Shown here piece by piece: positions 8,815-17,062 of a stretch of 32,000 nt of DNA. Origin of the DNA: an uncultured Actinomycetes bacterium (GTDB lineage Bacteria; Actinomycetota; Actinomycetes; S36-B12; CAIYMF01). Location of the stretch: assembly GCA_963843975.1 (NCBI GenBank), contig CAWJMG010000003.1:1620001-1652000 (forward strand), in the 5' to 3' direction. A model generated the notes under the pieces. That model was given only the letters and a program-made list of their open reading frames with translations. It was not told the DNA's origin and searched no databases. Position numbers and translations under genes: made by a program. Position 1 is the first letter of the stretch. Each line of letters begins with the position of its first letter.

Positions 8815-10197
8815 ATGAGTCTCGCTGCCACCGGGGTCATCCTCGAGCAGCCAGCGACCACGCAGGGTCCCCCGACGCCGAGGCGCTACCGGGTGCTCGT
8901 GACCTCGACGATCGCGTTCACGCTCATGTTCGCGGTCTGGCTGCAGTTCGGGATCCTCGGCCTCCCGATCCAGAAGGAGTTCGGTCTCTCCGACACGGCC
9001 TTCTACTGGCTGACGGCGCTGCCCGTCCTCAACGGTGCGATCTGGCGCCTGGGGACCGGAATCCTCGCCGACCGCTGGGGTGGCCGGATCGTCATGACCG
9101 GCCTCCTGCTCCTCGCGGCGGTCCCGACCTACCTGCTGGCCGGAACCCACAACCCGACGATGCTCTTCGTCCTGGCGTTCCTCATCGGTTTCGCCGGCAA
9201 CTCCTTCAGCTCCGGCATCGCGTGGAACAGCGCCTGGTTCCCCCGTTCCCAGCAGGGCTTCGCGCTCGGGGTCTTCGGAGCCGGCAACGTCGGCGCGTCG
9301 GTCACCAAGCTGATCGGACCGGCGATCATCGCCGGCACCGCTGGTGCGGCGTACTTCGGCGGCTTCGTCAGCGGCGGCTGGCGTCTCGTCCCGGTGATCT
9401 ACGCCGTCGCTCTCGTGATCATGGCCGCGGTGCTCTGGTTCGTCGCACCCAAGCCCGACCGCACACCGGGGAAGACGATCCCGCTCCGGGTGCAGCTGCT
9501 GCCGCTCAAGCACCTGCGCGTGTGGCGCTTTAGCCTCTATTACGTCGCCGTCTTCGGCGCCTACGTCGCGCTGTCGTCCGCGCTGCCCAAGTACTACGAG
9601 ACCCAGTACGGGGTGGAGCTCTGGCAGGCCGGTCTGCTGACCGCGCTGTTCATCTTCCCCGCGTCGCTGCTGCGGCCGGTCGGGGGCTGGATGTCGGACA
9701 AGATCGGCGCCCGCCGGATCATGTACTGGACCTTCGGCCTGATGCTGTTCTCGACCGGTGTCCTCATGATGCCCAGCGGTTTCATCACCATCGACGTCTC
9801 CACGAGCAAGGCCGCCGACGGCACCGCCGAAATCCTCCCCTGGCACCTCGGCCTCTGGGCCTTCACCTTCTTCGTCGTCCTGCTCGGCTGCTCGATGGGC
9901 ATCGGCAAGGCGGCCGTCTACAAGCACATCCCCGAGTACTTTCCCAAGGACGTCGGTGCCGTCGGCGGCCTGGTCGGGATGCTCGGCGCGCTCGGCGGCT
10001 TCTTCCTGCTGCCGGTCTTCGGCTACGCCGTGGAGCTCACCGGGATTCCCACCGCGCTGTTCGGCGTGCTGTTCCTGCTGACGCTGGTCTGCACGCTCTG
10101 GATGCACCTCACCGTCGTCCACATGCTCCACCGCAACGCACCCGATCTGACCGACGACTTCGAGCAGCGCGAGCTCGAGACCACGTCCACCCGCTGA
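8815..10197 (+). CDS. narK: NarK/NasA-family MFS nitrate transporter (NarK1-like)
   Basis: 12-TM MFS carrying both nitrate signature motifs, GFALGVFGAGNVGASV and GGLVGMLGALGGFFLP. The ATG at 8815 is preceded by GAGGAG (8804-8809). The track ORF begins earlier, at 8743. Confidence 0.9.
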   Translation: MSLAATGVILEQPATTQGPPTPRRYRVLVTSTIAFTLMFAVWLQFGILGLPIQKEFGLSDTAFYWLTALPVLNGAIWRLGTGILADRWGGRIVMTGLLLLAAVPTYLLAGTHNPTMLFVLAFLIGFAGNSFSSGIAWNSAWFPRSQQGFALGVFGAGNVGASVTKLIGPAIIAGTAGAAYFGGFVSGGWRLVPVIYAVALVIMAAVLWFVAPKPDRTPGKTIPLRVQLLPLKHLRVWRFSLYYVAVFGAYVALSSALPKYYETQYGVELWQAGLLTALFIFPASLLRPVGGWMSDKIGARRIMYWTFGLMLFSTGVLMMPSGFITIDVSTSKAADGTAEILPWHLGLWAFTFFVVLLGCSMGIGKAAVYKHIPEYFPKDVGAVGGLVGMLGALGGFFLLPVFGYAVELTGIPTALFGVLFLLTLVCTLWMHLTVVHMLHRNAPDLTDDFEQRELETTSTR

Positions 10198-10226
10198 ACC
10201 GTCCGAGACCGAGGAGAGCGATCGAC

Positions 10227-11636
10227 ATGACCGTCACCACCCCTGAGGCCCGCAAGGGCAGCGAGTGGCTGTCCGACTGGGACCCCGAGGACGAGGCGAC
10301 GTGGAACTCGTCGCTCGCCTGGCGAACCCTGTCCATCTCCACGTTCGCGCTCACCCTGGCGTTCTGCACGTGGTTCCTCGCCAGCGCGATCGCCCCCAAC
10401 CTGACCAACCTCGGGTTCAAGCTCGACAAGAACCAGCTGTACTGGCTCGTCGCCATGCCCGGCCTCGCCGGCGGCACGCTGCGCCTGGTGTGGATGTGGC
10501 TCCCGCCCGTCATCGGGACGCGCAAACTCGTCACGCTGACCACCGCGTTGCTGCTCATCCCGCTCATCGGGTGGGGCATCGCTGTGCAGAACCCGTCCAC
10601 CAGCTACACGACGTTCCTGATCCTGGCGTTCCTGTCCGGCATCGGCGGTGGAGCGTTCTCCGGCTTCATGCCGAGCACGTCGTACTTCTTCCCTCGGCGT
10701 AAGCAGGGCACCGCGCTTGGCCTGCAGGCCGGCATCGGCAACTTCGGCGTCTCCATCGTCCAGTTCGTGACGCCGTGGATCATCGGCTTCTCACTGCTCG
10801 GCGTCCTCGGTGCGTCGCAGAAGTTCCACGACCCCGCGAACAACACCGACCACCCGGTCTGGGAGCAGAACGCCGCCTTCATCTACGTGCCGTTCGTGAT
10901 CGTGGCCGCGGTGCTCGCCTGGACCATGCTCAAGAGCGTGCCGGTGCGCGCCAACTTCCGCCAGCAGCTCGACATCTTCACCAACATCGACACCTGGTTC
11001 ATGACCGCCCTGTACATCATGACCTTCGGCACCTTCGCCGGGCTCTCCGCCCAGTTCGGACTCCTCATCAAGAACCTCTACGGCGCCGGAAACACCGCGA
11101 TCGTCGCGACAGCCGCCGACGGCTCCACATCGGTGCTGGTCCCCGGGTACACCGTCCCTCTGGCGCTCTCGTTCGCCTTCCTAGGCCCGCTCGTCGGCGC
11201 AGCGACCCGAGTGGCGTTCGCCCCGCTCACCGACAGGCACGGCGGCGCGCGGTGGACCCTCATCTCCGGCATCGGGATCCTGCTCTCGCTGCTGTTCACC
11301 ATGCTGCACGTGAACCCCGACCCGGCACAGGGCGCAGCGGCGCTCACCAGCGAGTTCCACGCGTTCCTGGTCGGTTTCATCGCCATCTTCTTCTTCACCG
11401 GGATTGGCAACGCGTCGACCTTCAAGCAGATGCCGATGATCTTCGAGCGCCGTCAGGCCGGCGGCGTCATCGGATGGACGTCCGCCATCGCGGCCTACGG
11501 ACCCTTCTTCTTCGGTGTCGGCCTGGCCGTCGCGAACATCACCGCGTTCTTCACCCTGGGCGTCGTGTTCGCCGCGGCGTGCATCGTGCTCACCTGGGTC
11601 CGCTACGCACGACCAGGCGCCCCCAAGCCCTCCTGA
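10227..11636 (+). CDS. narK: NarK-type nitrate/nitrite antiporter (NarK2-like)
   Basis: 469 aa, collinear with E. coli NarK: SDWDPEDEATW...ISTFALTLAFCTWFL...YFFPRRKQGTALGLQAGIGNFGVSIVQ. GAGGAG lies upstream of the ATG. Starts 29 nt after the first narK. Confidence 0.92.
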   Translation: MTVTTPEARKGSEWLSDWDPEDEATWNSSLAWRTLSISTFALTLAFCTWFLASAIAPNLTNLGFKLDKNQLYWLVAMPGLAGGTLRLVWMWLPPVIGTRKLVTLTTALLLIPLIGWGIAVQNPSTSYTTFLILAFLSGIGGGAFSGFMPSTSYFFPRRKQGTALGLQAGIGNFGVSIVQFVTPWIIGFSLLGVLGASQKFHDPANNTDHPVWEQNAAFIYVPFVIVAAVLAWTMLKSVPVRANFRQQLDIFTNIDTWFMTALYIMTFGTFAGLSAQFGLLIKNLYGAGNTAIVATAADGSTSVLVPGYTVPLALSFAFLGPLVGAATRVAFAPLTDRHGGARWTLISGIGILLSLLFTMLHVNPDPAQGAAALTSEFHAFLVGFIAIFFFTGIGNASTFKQMPMIFERRQAGGVIGWTSAIAAYGPFFFGVGLAVANITAFFTLGVVFAAACIVLTWVRYARPGAPKPS

Positions 11637-11705
11637 TCCCCCCGACCCGCCGGGTCCCCACTCCCCTCCGTCACGGGGGCCCGGCGCCACACCCGAAGGA
11701 CCCCC

Positions 11706-12023
11706 ATGGACATCCGCATCGACTCCGGCCCCGACTCCACTACCTCGTCCGGCGGCTGCGCCGGTGGCACCTGCACGTGCGGGAAGGGTGACGCAGCAAC
11801 GCCCGTGCTCGACGTGCGCGCGATCCCGGCCGCCGTGCGGCACGCCGCTGTGCACGGCGCGCTCGGCGCGATCCCCGTGTCGGGCTCGATCGTGCTGGCC
11901 GCACCGCACGAGCCGCTCCCGCTGCTGGCCGAGCTCGAGGAACTGCACCCTGGCGAGTTCGCCGTCAGCTACGTCGAGCGCGGACCGGAGACCTGGCTCC
12001 TGAAGTTCACCCGTCAGCAGTGA
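11706..12023 (+). CDS. DUF2249 domain-containing protein
   Basis: 105 aa. Pattern VLDVRAIP...RH..V.GAL..I....S.VL.APHEPLPLL.ELE...PGEF...YVERGPE.W.L.F.R matches my recollection of DUF2249. Has an N-terminal Cys-rich tag, GGCAGGTCTCG. Confidence 0.7.
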   Translation: MDIRIDSGPDSTTSSGGCAGGTCTCGKGDAATPVLDVRAIPAAVRHAAVHGALGAIPVSGSIVLAAPHEPLPLLAELEELHPGEFAVSYVERGPETWLLKFTRQQ

Positions 12024-12024
12024 C

Positions 12025-13218
12025 ATGACTGTCGTCCTCGCCCACCTCGCGCGCAACGGCGTCCTCGTCTCGCCTTCGTGGGACGAGGCGCGCGTCGCGG
12101 CACACGGGGCTGGAACACCGCTCGGCAGCGAGACCGTCGCGCTGCATCAGGCGCATCGCAGGACGCTCGCGTGCGACGTCCGTGCCGCCACCGACCTCCC
12201 GCCGTTCCTCTCCTCGGCGATGGACGGCTGGGCGGTCTGCGGCTCGGGGCCCTGGGTCCTCGTCGGGTCCGTGCTCGCCGGCTTCGCTCACGGAGCACAG
12301 CTCTGCGACGGCGACGCGGTCGGCATCGCAACGGGCGCGGCGGTTCCCGATGGCGCGACTGCGGTCGTGCGTCGGGAGGACGGCGTCGTCGTCGACGGCC
12401 TCCTGCGCGCGGAAGCGGTCGCAGGTCGACACCTGCGACCTGCCGGGGAGGAGGCGGCCGAGGGGTCGCTGCTCATCGCCGCCGGCTCCGTCCTCGGGCC
12501 GGCGCACCTCGGTCTCGCGGCCGCAGCGGGCGCCGACACCGTGGACGTCGTACGTCGACCGACGGCACGCGTCCTTGTGCTCGGCGATGAGCTCCTCGAC
12601 TCGGGGACTCCCGGCGACGGGCGAGTGCGGGACGCTCTGGGTCCCCAGGTGCCGGCGTGGCTCGAGCGGCTCGGCGTCGACTGCGTCGGCGTGACGCGCG
12701 TGCAGGACACGCTCGACGCGCATCTCGTGGCACTCGACGCTGCCGACGACGTGGATCTCGTGGTCACGACCGGTGGCACGGCCGCCGGCCCGGCCGATCA
12801 CGTGCACCGCGCGATCGCGGCCCGATCGGGCTCCCTCATCGTCGACTCGGTCGCCGTGCGACCGGGGCACCCGATGCTGCTCGCGACGCTGCCCGGCCGG
12901 CGCTGGCTCGTCGGCCTGCCCGGCAACCCGCAGGCGGCCGTCGCGGCGCTCCTCACTCTCGGTGGCCCACTGGTAGCCGCATTGCTGGGTCGACCGCTGC
13001 CCGTGCTGGGCGCCGCCATCAGTCCGGTCGACGTGTCTGCGCCCCCGCACGCGACCCGCCTCGTCCTCGCCGCGCTCGGGCCTGACGGTGTCGAGCCGAC
13101 GACCCACCACGGCTCGGGAATGCTTCGCGGCCTCGCGGTCGCCGACGGCTATCTCGTCGTCCCTGCAGGAGGCGGCACCGCGGGGCAGGTGCTGCGCTGG
13201 CTGCCGCTGCCTCCATGA
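12025..13218 (+). CDS. moeA: molybdopterin molybdotransferase (MoeA)
   Basis: 397 aa with MoeA motifs: DLPPFLSSAMDGWAV, GIATGAAVP.GA.AVV, VLVLGDEL, DLVVTTGGTA.GP.D, VAVRPGHPML.A, GLPGNPQAA. Its ATG is 1 nt after the DUF2249 stop. Confidence 0.9.
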   Translation: MTVVLAHLARNGVLVSPSWDEARVAAHGAGTPLGSETVALHQAHRRTLACDVRAATDLPPFLSSAMDGWAVCGSGPWVLVGSVLAGFAHGAQLCDGDAVGIATGAAVPDGATAVVRREDGVVVDGLLRAEAVAGRHLRPAGEEAAEGSLLIAAGSVLGPAHLGLAAAAGADTVDVVRRPTARVLVLGDELLDSGTPGDGRVRDALGPQVPAWLERLGVDCVGVTRVQDTLDAHLVALDAADDVDLVVTTGGTAAGPADHVHRAIAARSGSLIVDSVAVRPGHPMLLATLPGRRWLVGLPGNPQAAVAALLTLGGPLVAALLGRPLPVLGAAISPVDVSAPPHATRLVLAALGPDGVEPTTHHGSGMLRGLAVADGYLVVPAGGGTAGQVLRWLPLPP

Positions 13219-13415
13219 GCGGCGCGACGGGCGAGGAGTCCCTCGCGATCCTGCAGCGGTGGGAGGACTCCGGCGGGACCTGGCGGCTCGTGAGTCATGA
13301 CGGCGACACGGTGGTCCTTGAGCTGCTCACCTGCTCCGGCGGCGAGGTGATGGGGCACCTGCGCTCGGATGACCCCACCGTGCTGGCCCACGTGCTCCGG
13401 GCGGAGCAGCCGTGA
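13215..13415 (+). CDS. hypothetical small protein (66 aa)
   Basis: ATGA overlap with the moeA stop and GTGA overlap with the next gene. Third-codon positions are strongly G/C, as in neighbouring real genes. I recognise no family. Confidence 0.5.
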   Translation: MSGATGEESLAILQRWEDSGGTWRLVSHDGDTVVLELLTCSGGEVMGHLRSDDPTVLAHVLRAEQP

Positions 13416-14653
13416 CAGCGAGGACGATGTCGGCGAGGTCGGCCTGGCACATCGGCGTCGGCGCCATCGGGGCCTCGTGGCTGCTCTGCGCTGTCGTGGT
13501 GGCGCTACGCGGCATGCTCACCTCGGTCGACCCCTGGCTCCCGGTCCATCTCCTGCTCCTGGGGGCCGTGAGCAACGCGATCCTGGTCTGGAGCACGTAC
13601 TTCACCGAGGCGCTGCTGCGTCAACCCCGGGCCGGACGTCGCCTGGTCGAAGCCGTGCGGCTGGGGACGTTCAACGTCGGCGCCGTTGCGGTCGTGCTCG
13701 GCATGACTGTCGATGCGGTAGCCCTGGTCGTCGTCGGCGCGGACCTCGTCATCGTCGCGGTCGGGTGGCATGCCCTCATCCTGCTGCTCCGCATCCGCCG
13801 CTCGCTGCCGTCACGCTTCGGGGCGACGGTCCGCTACTACGTGGCAGCCAGCACGCTCCTCCTGCTCGGGATCTGTCTCGGTGTCGTCCTGGCCTTGCAC
13901 GACCTCGACGACGACGCCCACGCTCGCGTCGCACTCGCGCACGTCGCCCTCAACGTCCTCGGCTGGATGGGCCTCACCGTTCTCGGGACCCTCGTCACGC
14001 TGTGGCCGACGATGCTCCACACCCAGATCGTCGACGGCGCCGAGCGAGCCAGCCGACGGGCGCTTCCTGTGCTGATCACGGCGATCGTGGCCACCGTGAC
14101 CCTTGCCCTCATCGGCAACCAGGTGCTGACGGCCCTGGGCCTGACCTGCTACCTCGGCGGGCTCGCCATCGCCGGACGACCGCTCGTCGAGGAGACGCTC
14201 CGTCGCCGTCCGAGCACCTACGCGACGTGGTCGGTGTGCATCGGAATTGTCTGGTTCGTGGTGACCCTCGCGGTCCTGACCGTGGTTGTGGCGTTCGCGC
14301 CCACCTGGGCTGCGGCCGCAGACGTCGCCGATCACCTCGCCGTCCCGCTCCTCGTCGGCTTCGGCGCACAGGTCCTCCTGGGTGCCCTGAGCTACCTCAT
14401 CCCGGTCGTCCTCGGAGGGGGTCCCGCGGCGGCCCGCCGCACCATCGCAGTCCTCGACACCGGGGCACGAACCCGGCTCGTCCTGATCAACACGGGAGTC
14501 CTCGCCGCAGCACTCCCGCTGCCGGCCACCATCCGCACGGCTCTCGGACTTGCTGCACTCGGCGCGATGGCTGCCTTCCTTCCGCTGGTCGTTCGAGCGG
14601 TCCTGCTCAGGCGCGCACACGAACCGCTCCAGACCGAGCCGGCGCCGTCATGA
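13412..14653 (+). CDS. 12-TM integral membrane protein with conserved-looking His residues (possibly NnrS-like; family unassigned)
   Basis: 413 aa with about 12 hydrophobic segments. His residues sit in or near TM helices: PVHLLLLGAVSNAIL, VGWHALILL, AHARVALAHVALNVLGWMGLTVLGTL. GTG start overlaps the upstream stop, and its own stop overlaps the hemerythrin ATG. Confidence 0.8.
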   Translation: MTARTMSARSAWHIGVGAIGASWLLCAVVVALRGMLTSVDPWLPVHLLLLGAVSNAILVWSTYFTEALLRQPRAGRRLVEAVRLGTFNVGAVAVVLGMTVDAVALVVVGADLVIVAVGWHALILLLRIRRSLPSRFGATVRYYVAASTLLLLGICLGVVLALHDLDDDAHARVALAHVALNVLGWMGLTVLGTLVTLWPTMLHTQIVDGAERASRRALPVLITAIVATVTLALIGNQVLTALGLTCYLGGLAIAGRPLVEETLRRRPSTYATWSVCIGIVWFVVTLAVLTVVVAFAPTWAAAADVADHLAVPLLVGFGAQVLLGALSYLIPVVLGGGPAAARRTIAVLDTGARTRLVLINTGVLAAALPLPATIRTALGLAALGAMAAFLPLVVRAVLLRRAHEPLQTEPAPS

Positions 14654-15162
14654 CCCACTGGGAGCATCACGGCTCTAGCGAGTACCGGGTGGTCCAAGCG
14701 GCGCGACGCCACCACGCGGCCTTGTCTCACGCGTTGGCCGATCGCGTCGAGGAGCTCCTCGTCGCTGTCGAATCGGGAACCGCGGACGTGTCTGAGTCGC
14801 GACGTCGGCTGGTCGAGTTCTGTGACACCCAGTTGCTTCCCCACGCGAAGGCCGAAGAGAGCTCGATATACCCCGCGGCCGCGACCGATGGTCGAACCCG
14901 ACTGCTGATCGAAGCGATGATCGCCGAGCATCGGACCATCGCCGAGCTCGTCGAGGTGGTGCGCTACGCCTATCACCCGGTACGAGCCGCCGCGGCCGGG
15001 GAGGCCTTGCGCGTGCTGTTCGACACTCACGTCGCCAAGGAGGACGGCATCGTGTACCCACTCGTCGCTGCCGTCCCTGGCCTGTCACTCGAGAACATCC
15101 TGGCCGGCTTGCACGACATCCTCACCGGGCCTGAAGCGGTCCAGCCCAGGAGTATCGAGTAG
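14650..15162 (+). CDS. hemerythrin (HHE cation-binding) domain protein
   Basis: This is the C-terminal 170 codons of track ORF 13369..15162. Repeated H/E ligand motifs are present: RHHAALSH, LLPHAKAEE..IYP, MIAEHRTI, FDTHVAKEDGIVYP. Start is the ATG at 14650 (ATGA overlap). Confidence 0.85.
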   Translation: MTHWEHHGSSEYRVVQAARRHHAALSHALADRVEELLVAVESGTADVSESRRRLVEFCDTQLLPHAKAEESSIYPAAATDGRTRLLIEAMIAEHRTIAELVEVVRYAYHPVRAAAAGEALRVLFDTHVAKEDGIVYPLVAAVPGLSLENILAGLHDILTGPEAVQPRSIE

Positions 15163-15541
15163 CGCCGCGGGGCACCGAGCGGGCTCCGACATGCCCTGAC
15201 ACCAGCGAGCACGAATCTGAGCCTCGGCCAGATCGTGGCGCGTCGCGAGCTGGTTCGTACACGCCCGTGGCGACAAGCAGCATCGGCCCCCGTCTTGCAC
15301 TAGCAGCCAGCTGCCCGCATCCGCTTCCCACGGCAACCGCAGCTCGTACTCATCTGGCTCCGCGGAGCTCCACGCCCCACATGCGGTCACCGCGCGTAGG
15401 CCTAAACGGCCAGTGCAAGGCGATCCGATCGGACACGGGCATCACGCTGTGAACGGTCTTCTCTCACGAATCAGTGCCCGGCAAGTTCACAGCTTGTGTC
15501 CGTTTCCTTGAGCTCCGCACAGCGACTGAGCGCCGCGCTCG

Positions 15542-15680
15542 TGGGTTCATCCTGGGTTCGGACGAGCGACCAGCCCTCGAAGCGAGCCGAACCACCGAGA
15601 CAGAAGACTCGTTGTGCCTGAACATGTTTCGGCCCCAGTCGGGAAAGTCCAACATGCCCTGGAACGGCTCAGGCGCGTCT
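15542..15680 (+). repeat. 139-nt direct repeat, copy 1 (downstream of abiEii)
   Basis: Aligns without gaps to 17983..18121, with 118/139 identical by hand alignment. The first 19 nt and last 42 nt are identical, and all 21 mismatches lie in the middle. Confidence 0.85.
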
Positions 15681-15889
15681 TCTAGGAAGGTGCAACCGCG
15701 GACTACGTGGTTGATGGCCCTGGCTGGGTCGCGCAGCCACCGGCGGCCCGCGGGACCGACGTGCTCAGCCCACGTGCGTTTGCCGGTCCCACCTTTTCCC
15801 GGCGCGAAGGGCGGCCCACTGCGGTCCCCTGGTCAAGGACCCAACTGCGCGGTTCGGAGCACTCTTACGGGCGCGGCGGGGCGACTCTG

Positions 15890-17062
15890 TTAGAACTCGA
15901 TGCGGTACCGGGGTTGAAATGGTTCGCGGGTCACGGCGACGCCGGCGATGCGGTCCGCGCGGTAGGAGCGCAACTCTCCGCGGTCGTTGACGACGAACAG
16001 CACGACGTGGCCGTCTCGCGTGCGACGCAGCGCGTAGGGCTCGACGATGCGGCTACCGCGGCGTCCCGCTTCGGCGCGGTAGTCGATGTCGACCTTGAGG
16101 CGGTTGGCGCCGGCGAACCGGACCAGCTCGAGGGGTGAGCCTGTGCGCCACGAGGTCATGGTGGCGGGGGCCGTCCAGTTGTTGTCCAGGCTGCCGGTCT
16201 GGGCGCGCGGCAATGTGGGGACGGAGACCTCGCCGAGGAGCCAGGCGAACAGCGCATCGAGGGTGGACCAGAACTGGGTGAAGGGCGGAAGGCTCGGGAG
16301 CTGGTGCTCGAGCATGTTCGCCCACTCCCCTTCGATCTCCGCCCGGAACGGTGTCGCATGGATCGAGTCGAGGGTCGGGACGTCTACTCCGACGTGGGCG
16401 CACTTGAGACCCAAGGACTCCTCCACGGCGGCGGACCGGCCAAGCAGGTCGGGGTGGCGGAAGAGGTAGACGACGTCGTAGAGGTCACGAGGTCGGCAAC
16501 GTTCCGCGAGCGCGCGGAGCTTCTCCGCCATGAGGTCGACGATCGCGTAGCACGCGATCAAGGCCGGGGGCTGCGGTGCGTCGGAGTACGGCTGCTGCAC
16601 AACGCGGCGCACCGGCGGGTTGACGACGACCTCGTCAGAGGTGACGTCGATCTTGAGCTTGGGCATCACGGACCGGTTCGACGGTCCGCCATAGGCGACG
16701 CGACCCATCAAGGTGGGCTTGCCCCGCAGGTTGCTGCGTGCGGTGAACGATCGGGAATCGACGACGAGCTCGAGCCCCGCGTTCTCGCCCACCCAGTGGG
16801 CGATCTCAGTGAACACCGCCGTGACCTCATCGGGGCTCTCGGGTCCGCCGGGGAGCGCGGTGAAGTCGAGGTCCTCGCTGAAGCGGTAGGTCTCGTAATA
16901 GCACTTACGCAGCGCCGTGCCTCCTTTGAAGATCCAGCCGCCCAGACCCGGGTGAGCGGCGATACCGGCGAGCACCCAGCCCAGCGCCCAGTCCTTCTCG
17001 ATGACGTCGTTGCTGATCTGCCACTCGTCGCGCAGCGCGAGGACCTCACGCGCCGGGATCAT
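15890..17062 (-). CDS. AbiEii/DUF1814 nucleotidyltransferase toxin with C-terminal WYL-like domain
   Basis: Starts MIPAREVLALRDEWQISNDVIEKDWALGWVL...IFKGGTALRKCYYETYRFSEDLDFT, the AbiEii NTase signature. The C-terminal ~80 aa read RLKVDIDYRAEAGRRGSRIVEPYALRRTRDGHVVLFVVNDRGELRSYRADRIAGVAVTREPFQPRY, which follows the WYL-domain pattern. The ATG at 17062 overlaps the abiEi stop (ATGA). Length is 390 aa, against the roughly 290-300 aa I recall as typical for AbiEii. Confidence 0.85.
   Translation of the reverse strand: MIPAREVLALRDEWQISNDVIEKDWALGWVLAGIAAHPGLGGWIFKGGTALRKCYYETYRFSEDLDFTALPGGPESPDEVTAVFTEIAHWVGENAGLELVVDSRSFTARSNLRGKPTLMGRVAYGGPSNRSVMPKLKIDVTSDEVVVNPPVRRVVQQPYSDAPQPPALIACYAIVDLMAEKLRALAERCRPRDLYDVVYLFRHPDLLGRSAAVEESLGLKCAHVGVDVPTLDSIHATPFRAEIEGEWANMLEHQLPSLPPFTQFWSTLDALFAWLLGEVSVPTLPRAQTGSLDNNWTAPATMTSWRTGSPLELVRFAGANRLKVDIDYRAEAGRRGSRIVEPYALRRTRDGHVVLFVVNDRGELRSYRADRIAGVAVTREPFQPRYRIEF

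Noticed and set aside
15085-15390. 101-aa minus-strand ORF downstream of the hemerythrin gene
   Set aside because: It overlaps the hemerythrin 3' end and has no RBS, no recognisable motif and atypical composition. This is probably non-coding spacer of the accessory region.
15464-15836. Open minus-strand frame containing a P-loop-like GKGGTGK and running through repeat copy 1
   Set aside because: There is no plausible start codon before the internal ATG at 15655. The frame is closed by TGA just upstream. The equivalent frame in repeat copy 2 contains two stops, so the repeat is not a conserved coding segment. It is at most an unrecognisable gene remnant.
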